Source: Centroscyllium fabricii
Lineage: Eukaryota
Direction of reading: 5' to 3'
DNA length: 64,000 bases
Assembly (NCBI GenBank): GCA_051313645.2
Contig: JBNRSN020000003.1
Location: 114,018,001-114,082,000, forward strand
Both the position numbers and the translations under genes were made by a program. Shown here one piece after another: positions 34,013-46,338 of the stretch (positions are counted from its first letter, which is position 1; each line of letters starts with the position of its first letter). The notes under the pieces were generated by a model. The model saw only the letters and a program-made list of their open reading frames with translations. It was not told the DNA's origin and made no database searches.

Positions 34013-37000
34013 TGTGGCGGCTTGCCACGGACTTGTGGTCGAATCGACCGGACTCTTGGACCCTGAAGGCACTGGCCCGAGGCGCGCTACTCTCGCGAGG
34101 CCAGTGCCGACGCAAAAACGCTCCGCGCATGCGCACACGCGCGGACGTGCTTACGTCATTGCCTTGTTACGCAATGACGTAGCCAGCGCTATATTTAGCT
34201 GGAAAAGAGCGCGAAAGCAACCACTCTGTAGTTGAAGTCAATAAAGCTGTTGTGTTCATGTTAACTGCCTCAGGCATTCTTTCGCACGCCACCGAAACCC
34301 AACATTGGTGACCTCGACGTTCGAAACGGATTTCGAACCCAACGATGGCGGACGCAAGCATAGCCGCGGTCCGGCTGCCTGAGTTCTGGACAAACCAGCC
34401 CGAAGCCTGGTTTGCTCAAGCTGAATCCCGGTTCAGGCTGCACCGGGTCAACAAAGAGGAAGTGCGATACGACTACCTGGTAACTTCGCTGGGGAGCTCC
34501 ACGGTGACGGAAGTCTGGGCAGAGCTGCAGAACCCACCTCAACAGGGCAAGTATGTACATCTTAAGGCCGCGCTACTTAAAAGGTTCACCGATTCCCAGT
34601 ACCAGCGCTGCAGTCAGCTCCTGGCCCTGCAAGGCCTCGGTGACGCTTCACCTTCGCGCCTCCTCTCCCACATGCTCTCGCTCACGGACGAGAATCCCCC
34701 GGGTTCCCTCTTCCGCACGCTTTTCATTCACCAACTCCCTTCCAGCATACGCCCCACCATCGTCGCGTCCGAAATCCGGAGCCTAGCAGACCTAGCCAGC
34801 CTGGCCGACAGGCTGATGGACGGGCAACGGGGCCACGACACCGCGGATTTGGCGGCCGCCGCCACGGCGCATCCAGCCGCTCCCACCACGCGGTCGCAAG
34901 GACCGGCACCTAGGCCCACACGACCGCCACGTCCCCCTGACCCGCCTAAGCCAGGGTACTGCTACTACCACACCCGGTTCGGCACCAGGGCACAACGGTG
35001 CGCACAACCTTGCACCTTTAGGCCTGCCCTATCACCAGCCCCTACCATGTCTGTCGGACAGGCCGGTTGCCTCCTATATGTCACGGATGACAAAACCGGA
35101 TGCCGTTTTCTCTGCGACACCGGGGCCCAGCATAGCATTGTGCCCGCCTCCGCCCTCGAAATTAAAGCAGGCACGCGGGGCCCGGCGCTCGCCGCGGCCA
35201 ACGGTTCCGACATCCCGACGTACGGCAACCGCACGGTACAGCTCCAGCTCGCAGGGCGCTGTTATACGTGGGAATTTCTCACCGCAAAGATACTCTCGCC
35301 AATCATCGGCGCAGACTTCCTTTGCGCTCACGGCCTGTTGGTCGACATGCCCCGGTGCCGCCTCGTGGACATCAACTCCATGACAACCATTCCGGGCGAC
35401 ACGACCCCAGCCCAGCCCGCCAGCTTGACCATACAGTGCCACGCCCGTCCCACGGACGCCTACTCGACGCTCCTGGCCGCATTCCCGGCCCTCACCAACC
35501 CGACCTTCACCGCTAGGGTAGCCAAACACGGGGTAGAGCATTACATTCCCACCACCGGCCCACCGGTGCACGCCCACGCCCGCAGGTTAGACCCGGCCAA
35601 GTTAGAGGTCGCGCGGAACGAGTTCGCCACTATGGAGCAGCTGGGTATCATCCGCCGCTCCAACAGCCCGTGGGCCTCACCGCTCCACATTGCCCCTAAA
35701 CCCGACGGGGGCTGGCGCCCCTGCGGGGATTACCGTCGCCTCAACGACGCTACCACGCCCGATCGGTACCCAGTGCCGCACATCCAGGACTTTTCGGCTA
35801 GACTGGCCAGGTGCTCAGTCTTCTCCAAAGTCGACCTGGTGCGCGGCTACCACCAAGTCCCTGTCCACGCCGACGACATCCCCAAGACCGCGGTCATCAC
35901 CCCTTTTGGGCTGTTCGAGTTCTTGCGAATGCCTTTCGGCCTTAAAAACGCCGCGCAGGCATTCCAACGGCTAATGGACTCGGTCCTACGGGATCTGAAG
36001 TTCCTGTTTGTCTATCTTGACGACATCCTAGTAGCCAGTTCCTCCAAACGGGAACACCTCGAGCACCTCAGGGCCCTGTTCACGCGCCTCAGCGAACACG
36101 GCCTCATCCTCAACCCCGCCAAGTGCCAGTTCGGTCTCGAACAGATCGACTTCCTAGGCCACCGCATAACACAAGCCGGGGCCATTCCCCTGCCCAACAA
36201 GGTGCAAGCCGTCCAGCAATTTCCCCGGCCCACCACCGTCCGGGGGCTCCAAGAGTTCCTCGGGATGGTGAGCTTCTACAACCGCTTTATCCCCAAAGCG
36301 GCATCCCTCATGAGCCCCCTCTACCAAGCCCTCCGCGGGAAGAGCGGGAAGGATGTGGTCGAATGGACGGCGCAAACCTCCGCCGCCTTCGACTCCACCA
36401 AATCGGCACTCGCCGGCGCCACCATGCTCGCACACCCACGGCCCAACGCCAAGGTGGCACTCACTACTGACGCCTCCGACTACGCGGTCGGGGCTGTGTA
36501 CGAGCAGTGGGTCGACGGCGCCTGGCAGCCCCTCGCCTTCTTCAGCCGCCAGCTGCGCCCCCCGGAGGTGAAGTACAGCGCCTTCGACCGCGAGCTCCTT
36601 GCCTTGTACCTAGCGGTCCGACATTTTCGCTTTCTGTTGGAGGGTCGGGTCTTCACCGCGTTTGTGGACCACAAACCCCTCACATTCGGGATGGCCAAGC
36701 CAACCGAGCCCTGGTCCGCTAGACAACAGCGCCAGCTCGCGGCCATATCCGAATTCACCACCGACATACGCCACATCGCCGGACGCGACAACGTGGTGGC
36801 CGATTGTCTCTCCCGCGCAACCATCAACGCCACTCACCTGGCGGTGGACTATGTCAAACTTGCAGCGGACCAGGTCACAGACCCGGACCTGCTCTCCGCG
36901 CCCACCACCCTACCCAGCCTGCGCTTGGCCACCGTCGCCTGCGGCCCCGCCGACACTAACGTCACGTGCGACATAACCCTGCCGCAACCCCGGCCAGTCG

Positions 37001-38460
37001 TCCCAGCATCGTGGCGCAAGCACATATTCGAGACGCTCCACAACCTCTCCCACCCCGGCGCCCGCGCATCAATAAAATTGGTAACCAGTCGCTTTATCTG
37101 GCGCGGCCTTAGTAAGGATGTGCGTACTTGGGCCAACTCCTGCGTAGCTTGCCAACGGGCAAAGGTGCATCAGCACACGAAAGCTCCCCTCGGTCAGATC
37201 GAAGTTCCCGCACGACGGTTTGATCACATCCATGTGGATATCGTGGGACCCCTGCCACCGTCACAAGGCAACACCCACTTGCTCACTATCGTGGACCGCA
37301 CCACTCGATGGCCCGAAGCTATTCCGCTGACTTCCACCACCACTGCGGACATCGCCAGAGCCTTCATCGCCACATGGGTCGCCCGGTTTGGCGTGCCTTC
37401 TGACATCACATCCGACAGAGGGTCACAGTTCACCTCAGCATTATGGTCTGCCGTCGCGAAGAGCCTGGGGGTGAACTTGCACCACACAACGGCGTACCAC
37501 CCGCAAGCCAACGGTATGTGTGAACGATTCCACAGATCAATGAAAGCGTCCCTACGGGCCAGCCTCACAGACAACGCCTGGACTGACCGCCTCCCATGGG
37601 TTTTACTTGGTCTCCGATCTGCGGTCAAAGAGGACCTTCATGCATCGGCAGCGGAGTTGGTCTTCGGACAACCACTGCGTGTACCCGGCGAATTCCTGGC
37701 CGCCGCTACGACACCCTGGTCAGCCAACCAGCAGCGCCTCGACTTCACCACGTCGGCGCAACAGTTTACACCGGTACCCGTGACCAGGCATGGTGAAACG
37801 ACTGCGCAGATTCCGCCTAGACTACATCAGGCGCAGTTCGTCTTTGTCCGCCACGACGCACACCGCGGGCCTCTGCAGCTGCCATACGACGGGCCTTACA
37901 AGGTGCTTCAAGCGGGGGACAAATTTTTCAAATTGCAGGTGGGCAGCAGGACTGAAACTGTGTCAATTGACAGGCTCAAGCCGGCGCACACTGAGCCCGG
38001 CGAGGCCACACTAGTTGCCCACCCACCGCCACGTGGTCGACCCGCCGGCCAACCAGCTCGCCCGACCACAGCTCGCCAGCTGTCTCCAAGCAGGAGCCGA
38101 TCCGGCCGACTTATCAGACCACCGCAACGTCTCGTCCATTCCTCCTAGTCGGATTCTGGGGGGAGCTATGTGGCGGCTTGCCACGGACTTGTGGTCGAAT
38201 CGACCGGACTCTTGGACCCTGAAGGCACTGGCCCGAGGCGCGCTACTCTCGCGAGGCCAGTGCCGACGCAAAAACGCTCCGCGCATGCGCACACGCGCGG
38301 ACGTGCTTACGTCATTGCCTTGTTACGCAATGACGTAGCCAGCGCTATATTTAGCTGGAAAAGAGCGCGAAAGCAACCACTCTGTAGTTGAAGTCAATAA
38401 AGCTGTTGTGTTCATGTTAACTGCCTCAGGCATTCTTTCGCCCGCCACCAAAACCTAACA
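34013..38460 (+). mobile_element. Element E: intact CsRn1-like LTR retrotransposon (second subfamily) inside the 5' LTR of D
   Basis: 292-bp LTRs at 34013-34304 and 38169-38460 with about 3 mismatches; TSD ATAT; PBS TGGTGACCTCGACGT at 34306-34320 (tRNA-Trp); PPT GGGGGGAG at about 38158-38165. Confidence 0.96.
34345..38148 (+). CDS. gag-pol: Element E gag-pol polyprotein, 1267 aa
   Basis: CYYHTRFGTRAQRCAQPC, CDTGA, VYLDDIL, TDASD, HPG..CVAC, HVDIVGP, SDRGSQF, GPY. Confidence 0.95.
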   Translation: MADASIAAVRLPEFWTNQPEAWFAQAESRFRLHRVNKEEVRYDYLVTSLGSSTVTEVWAELQNPPQQGKYVHLKAALLKRFTDSQYQRCSQLLALQGLGDASPSRLLSHMLSLTDENPPGSLFRTLFIHQLPSSIRPTIVASEIRSLADLASLADRLMDGQRGHDTADLAAAATAHPAAPTTRSQGPAPRPTRPPRPPDPPKPGYCYYHTRFGTRAQRCAQPCTFRPALSPAPTMSVGQAGCLLYVTDDKTGCRFLCDTGAQHSIVPASALEIKAGTRGPALAAANGSDIPTYGNRTVQLQLAGRCYTWEFLTAKILSPIIGADFLCAHGLLVDMPRCRLVDINSMTTIPGDTTPAQPASLTIQCHARPTDAYSTLLAAFPALTNPTFTARVAKHGVEHYIPTTGPPVHAHARRLDPAKLEVARNEFATMEQLGIIRRSNSPWASPLHIAPKPDGGWRPCGDYRRLNDATTPDRYPVPHIQDFSARLARCSVFSKVDLVRGYHQVPVHADDIPKTAVITPFGLFEFLRMPFGLKNAAQAFQRLMDSVLRDLKFLFVYLDDILVASSSKREHLEHLRALFTRLSEHGLILNPAKCQFGLEQIDFLGHRITQAGAIPLPNKVQAVQQFPRPTTVRGLQEFLGMVSFYNRFIPKAASLMSPLYQALRGKSGKDVVEWTAQTSAAFDSTKSALAGATMLAHPRPNAKVALTTDASDYAVGAVYEQWVDGAWQPLAFFSRQLRPPEVKYSAFDRELLALYLAVRHFRFLLEGRVFTAFVDHKPLTFGMAKPTEPWSARQQRQLAAISEFTTDIRHIAGRDNVVADCLSRATINATHLAVDYVKLAADQVTDPDLLSAPTTLPSLRLATVACGPADTNVTCDITLPQPRPVVPASWRKHIFETLHNLSHPGARASIKLVTSRFIWRGLSKDVRTWANSCVACQRAKVHQHTKAPLGQIEVPARRFDHIHVDIVGPLPPSQGNTHLLTIVDRTTRWPEAIPLTSTTTADIARAFIATWVARFGVPSDITSDRGSQFTSALWSAVAKSLGVNLHHTTAYHPQANGMCERFHRSMKASLRASLTDNAWTDRLPWVLLGLRSAVKEDLHASAAELVFGQPLRVPGEFLAAATTPWSANQQRLDFTTSAQQFTPVPVTRHGETTAQIPPRLHQAQFVFVRHDAHRGPLQLPYDGPYKVLQAGDKFFKLQVGSRTETVSIDRLKPAHTEPGEATLVAHPPPRGRPAGQPARPTTARQLSPSRSRSGRLIRPPQRLVHSS

Positions 38461-39371
38461 ATATACAATGGTTACCACAACTTGTTCCTTCTAAACTCCA
38501 AATAAATTGTTTTACAACCATTATATTTATGGTTTTACATGCTTTTCTTCCTTCCTACAAACTTCCATGTGTTGAAATCAAAACACATCATACAGTCCCC
38601 GACCCTAATCCATTTTCCGAGGTCCTCAACTGGGAAACTCCTCAATTCTTCAGTCTTTCCATTCTCTTACAATTCTCAGACCTTTAAAACTCAAGCTTGA
38701 CATAATCTAAACACAGCTTCCTGATATACTTTGCCTTCTCTTGCTGTTTGCAATCTTGACTTCTCACTAAGATATAAATGAAGATGAGAATAAAGAACAT
38801 CATGCAAGAAATGCTTCTTCATTGTATTCAAATTAAGTGAAAACAAAAGGGAATTTGTTTTATTTTTATTGCAATGTTGCAAAATGGCTACCGCTTCACT
38901 CAGGTGATTAGCATGAGGGCTTTTTGTCTCACTGAATGTTGCAGCATATATCTCTTACATCCCATGCCGATTTGGAAGGTCTGATAGCTTTTGGCAGATT
39001 TGGTCCTTTTCACAAGGTAATTCCGAGAGTATTGCATTTTTCTTTTGTGCTCTGCAACATGACTGCTTCTAATATAAATATTTAGAAGCATAAATATCTG
39101 AAACTTGTTTGTTAACTGTTACAAGAGGAGTAAATATTAATGCTGCTATGGGTACAGTACACTTGTGCATATAAAGAGGTTTAGGTGCTTCTGATGCTGT
39201 CCAATAGTAATATACTAGACCTGCTCTCATCCAGCCTGTCCACAATAGAAGATTTGGGAATTATAATGTCATGATTATGCAGGCGATCTGTGATACCATG
39301 TGTAAATTCTCTAATGTTATTTTATGTAACCAGGGAGCCGAGGAGGGAAGGTAACAGTTTAGATTTATCTA

Positions 39372-39915
39372 CTTGGTGCAGCTATCCTGCAAATCCATTG
39401 GCAGGATAGGCGCACCAACATCAGTGTTCTCGCTCAGGCCAACATCCCCAACATCGAAGCTTTGACCACGCTCGATCAGCTCCGATAGATGGGCCACATC
39501 GTCTGCATGCCCGATACGAGACTGCCAAAACAAGCGCTCTACTCGGAGCTCCGGCATGGCAAGAGAGCCCCAGGTGGGCAGAGGAAATGCTTCAAGGACA
39601 CCCTCAAAGCCGCCTTGAAAAAATGTAACATCTCCACCAATACCTGGGAATCCCTGGCCCAATAATGCATAAAGTGGAGGAGAAGCATCCTGGAAGGCGC
39701 CGAACACCAAGCGGAAGCCAAGCACAAACAGTGGAAGGAGCGCACGTCAACCCAAATACCCCACCCCCCCGCCCCTTCAACCACTGTCTGCCTCACCTGT
39801 GACAGAGTCTGTAGGTCCCGCATTGGACTCAGCATTTACCTGAGAACTCATTTTAGTGTGGAAGAAAGTCATCCTCCGTTCCGAGGGACTGCTTAAGAGA
39901 AAGAAGAGAGAGAAG
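39372..39915 (+). mobile_element. RTE LINE 3' fragment
   Basis: Degenerate LRWxGHxxxMPDTRLPKQALYSEL..FKDTLK, terminal CLTCDRVC zinc finger and AG-rich tail. Confidence 0.85.
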
Positions 39916-40356
39916 ATTTAGTTCACACAAAACTAGCAAAAGTATAGAACAGACTACTCGGGGAAACAATAGAGGTGGATTGTGTCAGTAACTTCAAGTT
40001 TAAATTGAATGTATTGTTAGGGTGTACTGCTAAATATGGCCACTGCTGTCTGGTGTGTATTGTTTATGCTGCCTGAGCTTTGTGAATTACCATATTCAGG
40101 TAGGGTAAAGTATTTCCCTCTTGTGCATTGATAAGGCTATGTTGCCAATGTGAAGGCCAATTTTAGTGACTACATAAACTCTTGGACTGGTGTTGTTTCC
40201 CTGGTGCCTCAATCCATATTGACTGTATGTAGGATCCATCTGTACCTTTACGAGGGAGACCTGAAGCTCGCTCATGCTCATGGCTGGGAAAAATGTAGGT
40301 GCCCTGGAGCCAGTGTGCTGTATTTAGTTCTAGTGTATGCTGCTGACAAACACTAT

Positions 40357-41154
40357 GGGGGTAATTTTTGCGGATCCGTGAGGACAGCTTTCCAGCGGGG
40401 CAGGGCCTAAAATCGCGGAACCGAGGGGGCCCGACCCCCTCCCCCTGCCGGATCGCTTGTAAGTTTCGGGCGGTGTGTCCAGCCGTCCCGAATCCTTCCC
40501 GCCCACCACTGGTGAGGATGCTCGTTGAGGTAATTGAGGGCCGTTAATTGGACTGGATAATCCCATTTTAAGGGCCCTCACCTATTTTAAACCCTTTCCC
40601 ACCCAAACCCCACTATCCTGAAACCCCGCTGGTGAAACCCAGCGGGATCACAGTGGCCTTGGTCACTTTCACCTTCAAGGCATTGAAGAGCCTAGAGCAG
40701 AATGCTTTCCAGGCCTTCAACACCCTGGAGGTGTAAGTGACTCCTTTTTCTGAGGGCTATCTGTGGAGAAAAAACTTAAAAAACTTACCTTGGCAGATCG
40801 ATTGAGAGACGGTCCCTAACTGTGAAAGATCTCCAGCGCGACTGTCCACCTGTCACTCAAACCACTTGGGCTTTGCGATTGGTTGCACTCCATTGTGATG
40901 TCACAATGGAGTGTTTCCATGGCAACTGTCAACAGACAGTCCATACAACTGTCAGTTAAAGTCCTCGCTCCCAGCTGCAGCGCCTTGATTGCTGACTCGA
41001 GTCAGGCAATTGCAAGTGGCTCCCCACACGCAGGGATCTAATTGATAAATTTAGGGAAAATTGCATTGGGTTTCCAGGCCCTTGGGCAGGCGGGACAGAA
41101 AACCGACCCGACCAATCCCCGCCAGGTTCCCGCACCTTCGGGAAAATCCCCCCC
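40357..41154. mobile_element. PIF/Harbinger-type MITE, inverted homolog of 20490-21297
   Basis: TIRs GGGGGTAATTTT / AAAATCCCCCCC; long internal homology to 20490-21297; TSD degraded. Confidence 0.75.
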
Positions 41155-41204
41155 AGTGTCACATGTAAGCAATGTTCCCTTTAATTTTTTTGTGACCCTC
41201 CATA

Positions 41205-41712
41205 ATCTTGAGCTGATCCTAAACTCTGCTCCCGGCATCCTAATTCGCACCAAGCTCCGTTCACCCATCACCTCTGTGCTCGCTAACCTACTTTGGCTCC
41301 CAGTTGAGCAATGCCTCCATTTGAAAATTTTCATCCTTGTTTTCAAATCCCTCCATAGCCTCACCCCTCCCTATCTCTGTAACCTCATTCAGCCCTATAG
41401 CCCTCCAATCTACATTCCTTCAATTCTGGTCTCCTGCGCATCCCCAATTTTAATCGCTCTACCATTGGCAGCCATGCCTTCAGCTGCTTAGGTTCGAAGC
41501 TCTGGAATTCCTTCCCTAAACCTCTCAGCCTCTCTTTCCTTCTTTAACATGCTCTTTTGAACCTACCTCTTTGGCCAAGCTTTTGGTCATCTGCCCTAAT
41601 ATCTCCTTATGCGGTTTAGTGTCAAATTTTGTTTGATAATGCTCCTGTGAGTGCTTTGGAACGTTTTACGATGTTAAAGGCACTATATAAATGCAACTTG
41701 TTGTTGTTGTTG
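41205..41712 (+). mobile_element. L2 LINE 3' fragment
   Basis: Encodes SPITSVLANLLWLPVEQCLHLKIFILVFKSLH; ends CTATATAAATGCAAC(TTG)n. Confidence 0.85.
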
Positions 41713-43274
41713 GTGCAGTCCTTTAAGTGTGGCCTTGTATCTCCACCTTCCCCTCCAAGGTTTCTGGGACTCCTTGATGTTACTGCCCTATTGCTAGCAG
41801 GACTCTCGACTATGTCCCACCCAACGATATTCAAATATCGATTTTCTCACACCATGGATGCCCACAGCCTTCACCCCACTGCCCTTCCACCAGCAGAGCA
41901 GGTGGTCAGGAATTTCAGCGTCAGAGTCATTTACAGAAGTTGGTGATAACGGCAAATTGTTGAAGTTAGCCCAAATAAAACAGCAGCTTTTAACTGTACA
42001 TTGAAAGGGTTAAACTGACAAATCAGTCAGTTGTGATACTTTGATGGGTTTTCTTTGCATATAATTCAAATAAAAAAGTTAGACGTTTGCCACCCGATCC
42101 CTATACAAACGTTCAGAGAGCAGAGCCTTGCATACAATGAAGACGAGACCCCATATTTACTTTTTGCAGGCAGCACATGCTGTGGCAGGCCTTGGAGGGC
42201 CGCATTTGATTAAGGAGCCGACCTCCTTTATTTAAATGACCCAGAGGCTGGAAGACCATGGAAGGTGGTTGAAACGGAAAATCACGGTCAGTGTGTCAGG
42301 AATCTATTCAGCAAGGGTGTGGGGAGGAGTCACATCTGATACAAATCCTCTCCTTACCTGCTGTCTACATATGCGTACTTTTTGGTAAAAGTAATTGGAA
42401 AGAAATCATGAGCTGGAAACTTGGTTGATTTTCTTCCCTACTTCAGCCTGGACTACTGAGATTAATTGCAATAAGTGTATATATAGTAGAATCTTGTTGT
42501 ATGCAATGCATTAGTAGAAACAATAAAAAAAAGACTTATAATTGGAATTGGATGCAACAATCAGGATACTCCCATATGAGTTTAATCTGGTACTATTGGG
42601 ATCAGCTGTCTCAGCATGGACTGGGAATCGAGCCTGGGAGCTTTCTGGTCCATATGGCACAATTATATTCTGGGTAGTGCACTTAACAACTGAGGTACTG
42701 GGGGAGCAACCTCACTGACTGTATCCAACACTGGTAATAAATCATATTTTAACTATCTACTAATTTATTGCAAATAATAGGATTCCTAGTTTACAATGTT
42801 AAATTTAAAACATTTGTGAGCTGATGTGACAAAACAGCTATAACATTCATACATGCCAACCTACAAAATTTGGCAAAGCTAACAAACAGCTTCAAAAAGC
42901 TGACATATTCCCAAAAAAGCTGACAACTCAAAGAAAACAACAAACTGAAAAATAGCCCTGACTTAAAGCCTATGACCAAGGCCACTACTTCAAGGCAGTT
43001 GGATTAATTACATTCCTTTGGATTTCAGGACTTTTATTAATGTTTTAGGATTATATACTGCAATTCAGGTTGTTTTTCTGTGAAAACTGAAACTAGTTGT
43101 CTCATGCTAATGTACAAAAATAAATAGTTATAATGATAGTGCAGCTGCGCTCAGTTGTACTCTTTCAATGTGCTTCTCCTTGCCCTTATTTTCATCCTTG
43201 TGAACACCTCACCCTCTCTCCTTACAGGATATATATCTTTGGTCATATAATTCAAAGGGCAAGGAGAGCATTTG

Positions 43275-45890
43275 GAAATTCCTACAAAGAGCAAATGAGA
43301 TGAATGACCAGTTAATCTGTTTTTGGTGGTGTTGGTTGAGAGAGGAATGTTGACCAGGAGACTATGAGAATTGCTCTACTCTTCTTTCCATAGTGGCATA
43401 GAATATGTCATGTCCACTTGAACAGGCAGAATGGGAATTAGTTTGATATCTTATCCGAAAGATGGCACCTTCAAAAATAGACTTAAGAACATAAATAAGA
43501 GCAGGAATAGGCCATTTGGCCCTTTGAGCCTGCTCCGCCATTCAATAAGGTCATGGCTGATCTTCCACCTCATCTCCACTTTCCTGAAATATCCCCATAT
43601 CCCTTGATTCCCTTAATATTCACAAATATATTGATTTCTGTCTTGAATATACTCAACGACTGAGCCTCCACAGACCTTTGGGGTAGAGAATTCCAAAGAT
43701 TCACCACCCTCTGAGTGAAGAAATGTTTCCTCATTAACCTAATTAACCGACTGCTTATTCTGAGACGATGGGCAGAATTTTCCTGAAGGTGCGGGAACCT
43801 GGTGGGTTTTGGGCGGGTCAGGTTTCCGATCTGCCTGCTGAAGGGCCTGGGAGGCCCGCGCGATTTTGCCTCAAGTGGCCAATTAAATCCCCGTCGGTCA
43901 GCGCCGTTTTGAATACACACTTTTCAGTCAGGAAGCGTGGGGCGTGCTTTCAGATTCTGAACGACCGGTGGGCTTTTGATTGACAGGCCTGAAGAGTTTC
44001 AGTAGCTCAGAAACCACAAAGCCTGATTGACAGTTGTGAAGTGGTTGCTTTCTTTCAATGTTGAAATAGGCATTGTGATGTCACAATCTTATGCAAACAT
44101 TAGAAACCACAAATCTAAGAGTGACAGTTTCATGTGGACTTGCTGTTTGTTTGTGGTTTCATTGGAATGTAAACAGAAACTGATCCCCTGGGTGATTGAC
44201 AGCTTGCTTCACAGACACAGATCGCAGTGCGATGTCTTTGAATGGCTGGGATGCATATGCAGGTAAGTGATTTCAAGATCTTTGGGCACTGATGTTTGGC
44301 ATCCTTGGGTGCCAGCTGCACCTCCAGCAGGGTGGAGGCTAGCAAGCTGCTGTGCAGCTGCTGTACCCATGCCTTGAAGGTGGCAGTCACCCAGCCGATT
44401 GGGTGCCCGTCAGCTTTCAACGGTGGTGTTCCCACCAGGTGGGTTTTGGGTGGGAAACAGTTGAAAATTGCTAAGGGCCCTTAAAATAGCATTATAGATG
44501 CAAATTAAGGGCCCTTAATGAGCTTAACGACCATCCCCGCCAGCCGCCGGCAGGAAAGATTTGGGGCGGGGAGACAGGGTGGCAGAAAATGGCAAAGCAG
44601 CGGGGATCTGGCGGGGATGGGGGGTAGGGACCCACCGGTTTAGCAATTTTGCTGTCTGACCCACCCAAAATCCTACCTCATGGTGACATAAAAATTTACC
44701 CCTATGACCCCTGGTTCTAGACTCCCCAGCAAGAGGAAACATCCTCCCTGCATCTTCCTTATCAAGCCCTGTAATAATTTTGTATGTTTCAATGAGATCA
44801 CCTCTCATTCTTCTAAATTCTAGAGAATATAGGCCTAGTCTACTCAATTTCTCCTCATAGGACAATCCCCCCATCCCAGGAACCAGTCTGGTGAACCTTC
44901 GTTGCACTCCCTCTATGGCAAGTATATCATTCCTTAGGTAAGGAGACCAAAACTGTACACAATACTCCAGGTGTGGTCTCACCAGGGCCCTATATAATTG
45001 CAGTAAGATGTCTTTACACTTATACTCAAATCCTCTTGTAATAAAGGCCAACATACCATTTGTTTTCCTAATTGTTTGCTGTACCTGCATGTTAACTTTC
45101 AGTGATTCATGCACAAGGACACCCAGGTCTTTCTGAATATCAACATTTCCCAATCTCTCGCCATTAAAAAATATTCTGCTTTTCTATTTTTCCTACTAAA
45201 GTGGATAACTTCACATTTCTCCACATTTGCCATGTTCTTGCCCACTCACTTAGACTGTCCATATCCCCTTGAAGCCTCCTTGCATCCTCCTCACAATTTA
45301 CATTCCCACCCAGCTTTGTATCATCAGCAAACCTGGATATGTTACATTTGGTCCCCTCATCCAAATCATTGATGTAGATTGTGAATAGCTGAGGCCCAAG
45401 CACTCATCCTTGCGGTACCCCACTAGTTATAGCCTGCCAACCCAAAAATGACTCTTTTATTCCTGCTCTCTGTTTTCTGTCCAATAACCAATCCTTAATC
45501 TGTGCTAGTATATTACCCCCAATCCCATGAGCCCTAATTTTGTTTTACAACCTCTTGTGTGGCACCTTATCGAATGCTTTCTGAAAATCCAAACACACCA
45601 TATCCGTTGGTTCCCCATATCTATTCTGCAAGTTATAACCTCAAAAAACTCTTAACAGATTTGGCAAACATGATTTCCCTTTCATAAATCCGTGTTGACT
45701 CTGCCTAATCTTATTATTATTTTCTGGGTGCCTTGTTACCACATCCTTAATAATAGATTCGAGCATTTTCCCAACTATTGATGGAGTGCTCCCTCAATAC
45801 TGCACTTAAGCATCAGCCGAAGTGGGCCTTGAACCCACAGATTTCTGATTCAGAGTTAAGAGTGCTGGAAACTGAGTCAAGCTGAGGCAT
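43275..45890 (-). mobile_element. Nested stack: degenerate SacSINE1-like SINE (43275-43480 and 45783-45890) containing a CR1 LINE (43483-45782), itself split by a MITE
   Basis: CR1 RT pieces LGPQLFTIYINDLD..RFADDTKLGG and YRALVRPHLEYCVQFWSP; SINE halves flank the CR1. Confidence 0.8.
43770..44702. mobile_element. PIF/Harbinger-type MITE inside the CR1
   Basis: TIRs GGGCAGAATTTT / AAAATTTACCCC, flanks GAT/TAT; removing it restores CR1 sequence AGACTATGACCCCTGG (compare 13553-13570). Confidence 0.8.
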
Positions 45891-46338
45891 AAAGGGTACC
45901 GATAGTAGGGCAAATGTGTAAAGTCAGTTTCAAAAGAAGTTTTGTACTATAATTGAAGTATTAGTGATGTGCAGTGCAGTTTATCCGTCCAAATAAGTGG
46001 CAATAGCTTCCAAATGGAACACTATTGCATCTCTTTTTCAAGCTATTGAAAGCACCCTTTAGTCATACAACTCTACAACAACAAGTTACATTTATATATC
46101 ACCTTTAACATAGCAAATGTCCCAAGGCGCTTACAGAAGCCTTATCAAACTGAACTTAACACTAAGCTACAGAAGGAGATATTCGGACAGCTGAGGTAGG
46201 TTTTAAGGAGTGTCTTAAAGGATGAAAGAGAGTTCGAGAGGCTGAGAGGTTTAGGGAGGGAATTCCAGAGCTTAGGGCCCAGGCAGCTGAAGGCACGGCC
46301 GCCAATGGTAGAGTGATTAAAATCAGGCATGTGCAGAA

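Larger units (their letters stand above)
29109..38479 (-). mobile_element. Element D: Gypsy element of the same lineage as B, frameshifted; its 5' LTR is split by element E
   Basis: 299-bp LTRs at 29109-29407 and 33729-34012 plus 38465-38479, about 7 mismatches; TSD ACTTG at 29104-29108 and 38480-38484; PPT AAGGGGTGAA. Confidence 0.94.
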
